NCBI GenBank assembly: GCA_950097015.1 | Contig: CATNEN010000001.1 | Location: 22,320,001 to 22,384,000, forward strand | Source of the DNA: Macrostomum hystrix | Lineage: Eukaryota; Animalia; Platyhelminthes | DNA: 64,000 nucleotides | Direction: 5' to 3' | Shown: positions 36,085 through 48,000 of the stretch, one piece after another | Numbering within the stretch: position 1 is the first letter of the stretch | Layout: each line of letters opens with the position of its first letter | Program-made: the position numbers and the translations under genes | The notes under the pieces: model-generated | The model's input: the letters and a program-made list of their open reading frames with translations, nothing else | Told to the model about the DNA's origin: nothing | The model's database searches: none

Positions 36085-39000
36085 CATGCAGTTTGCAATA
36101 TGAATATATAATTTAGCTTGCTTTTAATTTTAAAACAGAAAATTTACTTAGCGTGCGCGTCATGCTTGATTGAGAAGTAAAAATTCGACATAGAATGCAA
36201 GTAAAACTGCAGAAATATTCTCATACTCTACTCTAAGTAGACAGTTAAAGCACACTTGAGCACACTTGAGCACACTTGAGCAGACTAAAAGTACACATTT
36301 TAAGTGTTTGAGCATTAGTTAAGCTAATGAAAAATATACATTTACATGGTAACTTAATCATCAGCATGAAGAAACTTTAGTAGGATGCTGAAGTGTCTAA
36401 GAAACTAAGAAATGTCATAGACAAGGAGCATCATGAAATTAAACAATTTTCTACCATTATAATGCTAGCTAAAATAAGGTTAGCTACTCCAAATACTAAT
36501 GTTTAAAAGCCAGAAGCCTGACTAGTAGTAACCATAATGACATTATATTTTAATGTGATTCTTGTGTGCTGTAACTAAGCAAAAAATCAACAAATTATTG
36601 AAATGCTTGAATTAGTACCTACAATCAATTTTGAATTTGTATCTAGGAGCTAAGCTAACTGGTCATATTCTGATATCTCTGTAGGTAAAAATGAATGACA
36701 TTCTTATAACCTATAGTAAACAACAACAATATGTGGTGCTTTTGTGTACAGATCATTGTTAAGATTTATATACATTATGAATTACTATGGCCAATAGCCA
36801 TCTAAACAAAATATAAATATAAAGTAGTTGGTACAAGTTTGCTCATAGTTTTTATGAAAAAGAGAATTAAAACTAAATTATATTTATTTAAATTTAAAGT
36901 TTTACTTTACTTAATTTTAATAACAAAATTCATCGATAAAAATTACAAAAAAATTCAGAGCTTCAACACAAAAATGTAGCTATTGCTATCATTTGTCCTC
37001 ATTGCCATGGTGTCTGATTCATATTTATTAAGATACTCACAAAAGTCCTCAGAGTCACCCTATTATAAATAGGATCAATCTTCAATAGGTCTCCATGTCT
37101 CTATTGAAGTTTAATCTGATTTAATTTTCAGACAGAATATAACCAATCCAAAACCTCAAAGTCCTCACCATGTCCCACTTAGTATAGTTTTCCTATATAT
37201 TGGGGTCCCCACACAAGCCTTTATGCCTATCCAAAAGTAATTATAAGTAATCTTTAATAGGGTTCTCTTGACTCTATTGAACTTAAATCTTATTTATTCA
37301 CTTTTCTCCCACAAATAAAACACTAACATGTTTTTCTAAAATTCATAATGCCTTATGAACCATTAAGTGTGGTCATCCTGTGATTGGGAAGCCACTCCAT
37401 TGAAAGTTGTTGTAGATGGAAAAATCATTTTCTTTTTTATTCAGCACCCTAAAAACCTTTTAGACACAAATTTCTGAACATACTAAAACTGGAACTTTTT
37501 TATAGGATTAAAGTTCAAGAAGCCTATATACTTTCCTGCCTGTCTAGGATCAACATTTATTTGTCTCTCAACACACTTGACAGGCTGCCAACAGATTTTC
37601 TTGATTAGCTTGAAAATATTCTAGCACTTTAGCAGCTTCGGTTGGGTACTTAATACTGAATATGGTTGCTAATAATACTTTATTACCTACTACTGCATTA
37701 GAAATAGTTAGCTCTTGAAAACTTGATCTGGGCTAATAGAACAAATGATAAAGGCTTAGAATTTTAAATATATGTATTATGTTATTGTGGCCGATTAAAA
37801 TAAGTTAGAGGCCTAGAGCACTGAGCTGATCCGTGATCTCACTGTCACTTCGTAGGGAGGTTCATGGAGTCGAAGAAAGTTTTATAAGAAATAAGCGAGT
37901 TAAATTTTTATGAATTTTATAATAACAAAGTTTAGTAAGTATTTAACACATTAAATTAAGAAGTACACATTTTAAATGTATAGTTATGTTATTTAAACTG
38001 ACATTAGCACAATATGCATTACTTAATTAATTTTGAATTTATTTTACTTAATTTTACTTAAATAACATAATACACATGGGTCCATTTTGGCACAGATGAG
38101 CTTGATTTTGCCTGAGCGAAATATACTACTATTATACTGCTTAGTACTAAGTTTCGATTTTATAGATTTTTATATATTGCATTTCTTGATATTTCGAAGT
38201 TCCGATTTTTTTTAATTCTTCTTATTGATACATATAATCTAAATTGCGCCAAGTGAATTTGCCTATGTTTGAAAATGTCTCAATGATAATTTCAGTTCAC
38301 ATCACCGTGAAACCTTGAAAAAGTCACGTTAAGGGCGTAAAAATGCAGTTGGTGTCCAGAGCAGTGCTGTCAGCACGCGTGAAGGTGTCTGTATCAGCCA
38401 GCTGCATCTGCTTGGCTCAAGGAACTGCTTGCAGGACTAAATATATTCAAGGGTCTGTCAAAGCTATGCATAAATACACAATACTGATGCAGGGCATTAT
38501 GGCATGTGAATCTTGCGACATCCGCGTGACAAATTATGTGTCAAAAAGACGCAAAAAAATCATGCAGTCTGTGTGAATATTCCATTCTGACAGGCGCTAA
38601 GGCGGGCCCCACCGCCCCCTTGTCCAGTTTTTTCCTGTGTTGTCCTTGGCTAAGGAAGAAATTCTATTATTCTATTATTTGAAGCGTCTGAATGCGGCTT
38701 CATTTACAGATGTCAAAATGAGCAACAGCAGCAGCAGCTGCATCCCATAATATTGAACCGACAGTTTAGGTGCGAAGGGGTGTCACAGGGCCAAGTTGAA
38801 TGTGTCAGTGATTGATTGCTAACAGTTATGCCGCTTCAAATAATTATTCTTGTCTTTGTGACCGTCTTTGGGAAGCAGAAAACAGGAGAATATGTGGAGT
38901 GGGTAGGTGTGACTGCACCGCCTAAAGCCGCGGTATTGACCCCTCACCTCTGCACAGGTATTGCATGGAGGGGCCAAATCCAATTACATCTACTAGAGGA

Positions 39001-39319
39001 AAAAAACAACACCAGCGAAGGTCGAAGCAAGTCAGACGGCAACAAAGCCAGGATGTAAATTATCTTTGCGTCGCTTATGTCTTTCTGCCTCTCTGCTATG
39101 TTTGCCTAAATCGATGGCACTGATCGATGGGATATGGCACGTAAATTGCTAATTGAAATTACTTCATTTGTTTGTCTTGTTTGGCGCTAGTCTTGGACCC
39201 AACAATGGCTAAAGACGAACCCAGGGACTTATGGACTAAGGGAATTCAATGAAGTTGGGTGTTTCAACATCGGCTTTTTATTTTTTATGTTTGGCCCTTG
39301 CTTTAACGATCCCGGTGAA

Positions 39320-40467
39320 TGGGAATCCGCTGAAGGATCAGGGAATCCGCTGAAGGATACGGGAATCCGCTGATGGATCAGGGAATCCACTGATGGATCA
39401 GGGAATCCACTGAAGGATCAGGGAATCCACTGATGGATCAGGGAATCCACTGAAGGATCAGGGAATCCACTGAAGGATCAGGGAATCCACTGAAGGATCA
39501 GGGAATCCACTGATGAATCAGAGAATCCACTGAAGGATCAGGGAATCCGCTGAAGGATCAGAGAATCCACTGAAGGATCAGGGAATCCACTGAAGGATCT
39601 TGGAATCCACTGATGGATCAGAGAATCCACTGAAGGATCTTGGAGTCCACTGATGGATCAGAGAATCCACTGAAGGATCAGGGAATCCACTGAAGGATCA
39701 GAGAATCCACTGAAGGATCAGGGAATCCACTGAAGGATCAGGGAATCCACTGAAGGATCAGAGAATCCACTGAAGGATCAGGGAATCCACTGAAGGATCA
39801 GGGAATCCACTGAGGGATCAGGGAATCCACTGAAGGATCAGGGAATCCACTGAAGGATCAGGGAATCCACTGAGGGATCAGGGAATCCACTGAAGGATCA
39901 GGGAATCCACTGAAGGATCAGGGAATCCACTGAAGGATCTTGGAATCCACTGATGGATCAGAGAATCCACTGAAGGATCAGGGAATCCGCTGAAGGATCA
40001 GAGAATCCACTGAAGGATCAGGGAATCCACTGAAGGATCTTGGAATCCACTGATGGATCAGAGAATCCACTGAAGGATCTTGGAATCCACTGATGGATCA
40101 GAGAATCCACTGAAGGATCAGGGAATCCACTGAAGGATCAGAGAATCCGCTGAAGGATCAGGGAATCCACTGAAGGATCTTGGAATCCACTGATGGATCA
40201 GGGAATCCGCTGATGGATCAGGGAATCCACTGAAGGATCAGGGAATCCGCTGAAGGATCAGAGAATCCACTGAAGGATCAGGGAATCCACTGAAGGATCA
40301 GGGAATCCGCTGAAGGATCAGGGAATCCGCTGAAGGATCAGGGAATCCACTGATGGATCAGAGAATCCACTGATGGATCAGGGAATTCACTGAAGGATCA
40401 GGGAATCCACTGATGGATCAGGGAATCCACTGATGGATCAGGGAATCCACTGATGGATCAGGAATCC
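39320..40467. repeat. Minisatellite, 20 bp GGGAATCCACTGAAGGATCA
   Basis: Intergenic, ~57 copies, just upstream of the SINE. Confidence 0.97.
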
Positions 40468-40506
40468 AAATAAGAATCAGGAAGTGTACCTGCAACCCAT
40501 AGTTTC

Positions 40507-40860
40507 GGGGTCGGTGGCAGAGCGGTTAACGCGTTTGCCTCTCGCACCAAGGTCCCTGAGTTCGATTCCGTGGCGAGGTCACATTCATTTGGGGCGCAGC
40601 CTCGGAGAGAAGGCTTGGGGGCTTGTCGTGCAATTTACGCCCTCGAGGGCCAACCTCCAAGGCACAGTGAGAATGTACACTGTCTGACCATGAGAAAGTC
40701 AGGGGAGATGTACACACCTGTGTGAGCGTGTGGCTCCGTACAGTATCTGTGTGCGTGTGTGCTCAAAGTGTCAGTAAAATGGGCAGAATTGCCTCCTTGC
40801 TGCGGGTCTGGTGTCACCAAATGATGTGCCATTGCCCGCAGCCCTCCTACAACCAACAGC
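40507..40860 (+). mobile_element. tRNA-derived SINE, near full length
   Basis: A box TGGCAGAGCGG (40515-25), B box GAGTTCGATTCC (40558-69); body shared with copies at 25.9 kb and 28.4 kb. Confidence 0.8.
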
Positions 40861-41508
40861 TACACTGTTACTATTTACTAATCCATAGTTCAGTTATTTG
40901 ATGTAGTGATCGAAATTAAATAAATTATAAGAAAACGCTAAAATGCTTTCAATTTTGTAACGAACTCAATCGTATAAATAACTGTGCTTGATTTTACATG
41001 CTACAATTTCATTATTAGCAAATCAAGTTTATGCTGCGAATTCGATACGCAATGATAGAATATATTTTCAGATGGAGAGACACGTGACTGATGGATTGAT
41101 AGCATCACTGTAGGCTTCAGAGCAAGCGATTCAAAGTATTGCAGATGGCATCCGATTTTCAATAATAAGAAAAACTAGAGTAGAATATTAACAAAAATAG
41201 AGCAATTTACAAAGATACTAGACTTTATGTGCGAGCAGAAAATCGATTCTTGTGTGTAAAATGTGCCAAATAGGCACTTCATGCGGCATGAGAAATATTT
41301 TGTTATAGAGAAATAGGGCACTATTAGAACAATTAGAGTTAATTCTAATATTGTGATTCTTAGAGCTTTGATCTGCGAATCGATACACAAGCACAAAATT
41401 CGATGTACAAAACTAGCACACTACTGTCGCAATGCATTATTGACCTAAAATATAAATATATTGCAGGTGGCAATTTTGTCATTTTTTAGTGAAGGCCGAA
41501 ACAAATCA

Positions 41509-42021
41509 CTACAGAGTCAAGTTGCTGGCATAGTGATGATGATGGTGATGCTGAGACATGTACGCTACTGCAGCGGCTGCTGATGACGGATCTGCCGATA
41601 TCATTGACGTCGGCGTTGTCTGCATCGGGTAGGTCGCAGACATTTGGCTCGGGTGGTGATGATGATGGTGCAATGACGGATGCTGCATCGCCTGGTGCTG
41701 CTGCTGCTGCACTGTCGGACCGGTGGCCCTGCCGTAGGCGCCGTGCAGGTAATAGGCGGACGCGGAGGGCAGGACGGCGCCCGGAGACGGTCCGACTGAC
41801 AAAGCGGCGCCGAATTTGTGCAGGTATTCGGTGGCCATGGCTGACTGGTGCTGATCCATGAACTGCTGATGATGCTGATGCCCGAAGTCAGCGCCTACAA
41901 CCAGGCCTCCCGTCAGGTTGCCGACTGCACCGCCGGACCGACGACGCTTTTTGGACTTTTGCGACAGGCGACGATTTCTGGTCTGAATTCCATCCTTCTT
42001 CATTGAGACCGGTCGATTCAC
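41509..42021 (-). CDS. GATA123 terminal exon (basic tail)
   Basis: CTGCAG|GTG AAT CGA; stop at 41509-41511. Confidence 0.92.
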   Translation of the reverse strand: MNRPVSMKKDGIQTRNRRLSQKSKKRRRSGGAVGNLTGGLVVGADFGHQHHQQFMDQHQSAMATEYLHKFGAALSVGPSPGAVLPSASAYYLHGAYGRATGPTVQQQQHQAMQHPSLHHHHHHPSQMSATYPMQTTPTSMISADPSSAAAAVAYMSQHHHHHHYASNLTL

Positions 42022-45000
42022 CTGCAGGATTCGAGCATAGGGTGTCATGAGTTGAATAAGACCAGTTGCTTTGAAATGAACTTCAATCAATAACTAACTT
42101 GTTTTAATATCTTCAAGGCTTATTCACGGGATGTTGAAGTTTCTTCACGGGATGATGAGGTTTCTTCACGGGATGATGAGGTTTCTTCACGGGATGTTGA
42201 AGTTTCTTCACGGGATGATGAAGTTTCTTCACGGGATGATGAAGTTTCTTCACGGGATGATGACGTTTCTTCACGGGATGTTGAAGTTTCTTCACGGGAT
42301 GTTGAAGTTTCTTCACGGGATGTTGAAGTTTCTTCACGGGATGTTGAAGTTTCTTCACGGGATGATGAAGTTTCTTCACGGGATGATGAAGTTTCTTCAC
42401 GGGATGATGACGTTTCTTCACGGGATGTTGAAGTTTCTTCACGGGATGTTGAAGTTTCTTCACGGGATGTTGAAGTTTCTTCGTGGGATTTTGAAGTTTC
42501 TTCACGGGATGATGAAGTTTCTTCACGGGATGATGAGGTTTCTTCATGGGATCTAAGGCTGCTTCATGGATAAATAGATTTCTTCGGCGCATCTTAGCGA
42601 TAACGTTTCGAGTATTTTGGGGGAAAGTCAGTTCTAACATCTTATAATTAATATAAAGAGTTAAAATCGTTTTAACTAACAATTTGCGATGGGCCCATAA
42701 TTGTTGATCGGTTCATTATGAGACAATTTCTAATATGACATTAGTTTAGATAGGAGTTCTGTTCGAGTATCAATTAATTAATTTGATAAGGGCGGTGGTC
42801 AATTGGATTGTAGGCGTCGATAGAGTAGACAAAGACCTGTTGTTGCTCGCAATGGGAGGGCGCCAGAACTACAGACCCTCCCGCTGATACTGGTCTTGTT
42901 ATTCTTTTAGAAAGAACTGATTGATCAATTGGATATAAATGGAGCTAATTTCTTAGAAACTCTCGGCGCGACACTTGCAATTCTGCGAGTGCAAGGACAA
43001 ACAAAGACTTCAAAGTATAAACTGTTCTAGTTTTAGTTCCAGTTCAAAGTACTCACGCTGTGCAGTTTGTAGTACAGGCCGCACGCGTTGCACACCGGCT
43101 CGCCGCTACCGTTGCGACGCCAGAGAGTTGTCGAGGTTGTGAGACAGTTCGAGCAGATGATGCCAACCCGGCGAGTTGTGGACTGCAAATAAAAAGATAG
43201 AGAAACGTGACTTGTCTTGGTTACTGCAGCTAAAACTGACCTGTCACAGAAGTGCTGAAGCAAAACTATTTCTGCTTAAAATAGACCTTCAATAGCCTTT
43301 TGATTTGACAGGCGAGACGCAAGTGGTGCTCTGGAGCAGTTGAGGTAAATGAGCGCATTGTTCGCATTCTGGGTGGCAAGCTTCACTTCCCCATTATTGA
43401 CTTGACAAGGGATGCAGCGGGAACACAGGAGCAGAAATGATTAGTCGCGTTGACAACCAGACTGGCAAATGCCGGTTTGAGCAGATCGCCAAGTTCCCCC
43501 AACCGCCCAAATCCCGAATCCCCATAATTAACCGACTCACTGGTGCAAATCCGCGGGTTTTCGAGTCGTTTTTAAAAAAGAAAAAAACCTAGCACCAGTC
43601 TGGCCCCGTTAAGAATGGAGCCAAAAACACAAACGTCAAGCCAAATTGCCCAGGAATAGTCGGGCTTCTTTTTTTGCCACACCCTCCATTGATCCCAGTT
43701 GGATTGCGCAACACTGCCGCTCTGCCATACCACAACCGCGTCCTGTCTGGCTAAGCCAATAGGCGATCTACTTCGTTAAATTTATAAATTAAAAAGAATA
43801 ATAACCAGATCGACAACACTAGGATTGGAACACTGATTTCTTAGAATGCAATAGGGAGGGGATTTTTCATGCACGGTAGAATGGGGAATTGTAGTCTGCA
43901 ACACAGCAAGCGAGTTTGCTGAATGTGTGGAGGACCACCCGTTGGGCGGGAGGATTCTGCGAAGATGAAGGTCGACGGGGTGGCGTGAGATTCTGAGGGT
44001 TGATAAAAATTTTGGCTAATACAGCTCCCCCTCTCTGCCCATCAGAAGCTCCAGAATAACAATTCCAACGGCCATCGATGTGTTGATGCAGATAAAAGTA
44101 GAATCAGTTTTGATTGGCCAGCGGCAACTCGTGGTCTATGAGTGTGTCTTATAGATTGCTCGTCTTGCTTTTCAATTGTTGCACAAGTGGTTTGTTTCTA
44201 ATAAAATTTCAGCTGCACACTCTAGACGGATGGTGGAGAGAAAATTGAAGACAGACTTTGCGGCTGATAGAATTTCAAAATATTCTATTGCAAAATTACT
44301 TATTGAATTGATTTTAAAAGCCAAAGCCAGATCTACTGAATAAACAAATATTATCCCCCAGATCGAGATCTTGAAGTCTTTCCTTAGTTTATGGAATTCA
44401 CTCGACTTTTATATTTTACGAATTGCTAGACTGGATTCATTGGGATCTCTAGTTTTGAGGCATTGGGATCTCTAGTTTTGAGGCATTGGGATCTCTAGTT
44501 TTGAGGCACTGGGATCTCTAGTTTTGAGGCATTGGGATCTCTAGTTTTGAGGCATTGGGATCTCTAGTTTTGAGGCGTTGGGATCTCTAGTTTTGAGGCA
44601 TTGGGACCTCTAGTTTTGAGGCACTGGGATCTCTAGTTTTGAGGCATTGGGATCTCTAGTTTTGAGGCATTGGGATCTCTAGTTTTGAGGCGTTGGGATC
44701 TCTAGTTTTGAGGCATTGGGATCTCTAGTTTTGAGGCATTGGGATCTCTAGTTTTGAGGCGTTGGGATCTCTAGTTTTGAGGCATTGGGATCTCTAGTTT
44801 TGAGGCATTGGGATCTCTAGTTTTGAGGCATTGGGATCTCTAGTTTTGAGGCGTTGGGATCTCTAGTTTTGAGGCATTGGGATCTCTAGTTTTGAGGCAT
44901 TGGGATCTCTAGTTTTGAGGCATTGGGATCTCTAGTTTTGAGGCATTGGGACCTCTAGTTTTGAGGTACTGGGACCTCTAGTTTTGACGTACTGGGATCC

Positions 45001-48000
45001 CGCACTCACCAGCCGTCTCTTGGGCTTCACCAGCGGCCTTGCACTGCCGTTCATCTTCTGGTAGAGGCCGCAGGCGTTGCACAGGTAGTGCCCGGCGCCG
45101 TCGCGACGCCAAAGCGGCGTGCTGGTGGCGCCGCAGTTCACGCATTCGCGACCTTCGGCTGAGGACACCCCGCCGCTGCCGCCGCCTCCGCCACCCTTCT
45201 TTCCACTCCCAGCTTGTCGTTGTAGAGGCGTCTGCAGCAGCTGCTGCTGCTGGCCAAAGTGCTGATGATCGCCCGGATGTACCAGGTGATGATGCATCGG
45301 CGTCTGTTGAGATGCCGCTGCGGCGGCTGCTGCGGCGGCTGCGGCAGCTGCGGCATTCCAGGCCAACGGTAGTGACTCGTGGGCTGCAGCCTCTGCAATA
45401 TCCTCATGATCGTCTGGATCGTCAGGTGCCCCGCTGGTGACATCTCCGGCATCGTCGGTGCTGCTTCTGGGCCTTCCGACATCGGCTCCGGACAGCTCAT
45501 TGCTGACACTCTGGCTGTGGTTGTTGTTGCCTTCGCTGACATTGAGGACTTCGGCTTCGGGTAGTGAAAGTAGCGGCTGCTCCTGCTGCTGCTGCTGCTG
45601 CAAATGCTGGGCGTGTTGCAGAGTCTGCAGACCTTCGGGCGGCTCACCCTTGACGGAAATGGCGGTGCCAACGCCGTTCAGGAACGAGTGATAAGCGGCC
45701 TGCTGAAGATAGGTGCTGCTGCTTCCGCAGCCGCCGACGAAGCCACTGGACACTGGGATATCAGAGAACTGATTCTGCTGTTGCTGCTGTTGCAGTTGAT
45801 GCTGCTGCAGCTGCTGCTGCTGATGCTGCTGATGTTGCTGCTGAAGGTGCTGTGCGTGTTGATGCTGATACCACTGAGCTGTCGAGTGCGCTGACGGGCC
45901 AGCAGTCGGTGACGCCGCCTGAGCCGAGGTGCCGGTCATCCAGCCGAAGCGCTGCTGCCGGTAATGATCTGCGGAGTAGGCGATAAGCGTTGTTGGCGGT
46001 CGGTGAGCCATGAACATTGGCAAAGGACCGAATGAGCCGAAATTTGCCGCGGTCAGCATTGGAAGCTACCGAAATATGTTCTTGAGGCTCAAATTGGACC
46101 ACTGAAGAACAGTTTCACCCCCTCTGCTCGTGTCCCTAGAAGAACCGAGAAGATATTTATATACCGAAGCCAAATTAAATTTTGCCTGCGTTCCTCTTCT
46201 TTGTCTTCCTGTTTTGTCCTTTTTAGTGCCCGGATCCAAAAGAATGCGTACCTGCGCCCCCATGCTTTTGCTCGAAAACGATCACAGCAAGACAGACAAA
46301 GACGCTGCAAAATTGGCCCACTCCCAGTGTTGCTTTTTTGATCGGTTCTCAGGAAACCGGCCCTTCTAACTATTTCGGAGTGGTGGCGCCGCCCGCCTCT
46401 TGTCAATGGCGCCAGGGCGGGTCCCCTGCCAGTCTTTTCGAGCGTATAGGGAGGTGGCTGCAGGAACTGACAGCTTTCAACTGAACCGACCCAGTTCATA
46501 TTTTTCCACGCTAATTTCTTCTAGGCTTGAAGTTTTCAATTGCATTTACGACTGTTAACCCTGTATTTGCCGCCACTTCAGGGATTTGAATCCTCAACTC
46601 TCCGGGATCCTAAAGCTTGTTTTCCCACAATAACTGTTTTAGTTCCGCGTTATAGGGACATTTTTTAGGCGCAATGAATTTCTAATAATTTTTATTGGGC
46701 CATCTACCAGTTATGATCTAGGGGAAAATCTATAGGAGAATATCTATTGGCATATCTAGAGGTGAAGATCTATTGGGATATGTATGGGTGAAGATCTATT
46801 GGGATATCTATGGGTGAAGATCTATTGGGATATCTATAGGTGAAAATCTATTGGGATATCTATAGGTGAAAATCTATTGGGATATCTATAGGTTAAAATC
46901 TATTGGGATATCTATAGGTGAAGATCTATTGGGATATCTATAGGTGAAGATCTATTGGGATATCTATAGGTGAAGATCTATTGGGATATCTATAAGTGAA
47001 GATCTATTGGGATATCTATAGGAGAATATCTATTGGGATATCGATAGGAGAATATCTATTGGGATATCGATAGGAGAATATCTATTGGGATATCTATAGG
47101 TGAAGATATCCAAATCCTGCATCTTGGACTGTTGAATTATTTAAACAAAGGACGAATATTAAAGCATGTGTTATTTATAAACCTCTTAATAACTCCAACC
47201 CCATGCACTGTAAGCCTTGGCAACAAGACTAAAAAACCGACAAGTTTTGGAGAACATTGTTGCTCCTTTTTATGTAGCTTTCCTGACCAAGTTTCCTAGA
47301 AGATTAGGCCCTACTCTGCTGGTATTCTGATGTCGGAGACTGGACTAACCACTTCGTATTTTTTGGTTTGTTCAAAATTGAAAACATGTTTTCTAGAACC
47401 GGAATTGCATGTGTTTTTTCTGCTCATGAGATTGCTAATCAGTGGTAGGCAGGTAGTTATTAATAATTCATAATTAGCACCGGGTTGCCGTCCAGATTGG
47501 CTGTTGATGCTTTTTTATCTGTTCTTTGTGTTGCAGCAAAAACTAAAAGGCCAGCTTTTTTTGCTGAAGTAAAAAGTAGATGAAACAAGAAATAAAATTC
47601 TATGAAAGAGAGACAAAGAAGCGGTGAGTTTTCGAAGATGAAAGTTTGCGACAGATGAGTTCGCTTTCAACTTTCTCGGATTAAGAATTCTGCAATCCCT
47701 GAGTCAGATTAACTGCAAGATAAGCCGCTGCTCACTTGGAACCGCGGAATTTCATCATAAAATGTTGCTTTAAGAGGAGTGACTTTTATGATTGGTTTAG
47801 TTTGAATAGGATCCTGTACGGTGTTAGAGACAAAACTAGAGACTCTCATATCAGAATAGTTTTAAGTCTCATGCATCGAATGTTTAAAATAACTGCATTG
47901 AAAAATTATAGCCCTTTGTAGAAAATTGAACTATTATATAACTATTATAAATACGCAATTGGAAAAAATCGATTTTAGTCAGTCCTAATGAACTTGGGTC

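Noticed and set aside
40507-40580. tRNA gene
   Set aside because: Has A and B boxes but continues into a body shared with other copies and lacks a convincing cloverleaf or oligo-T terminator; it is a SINE head
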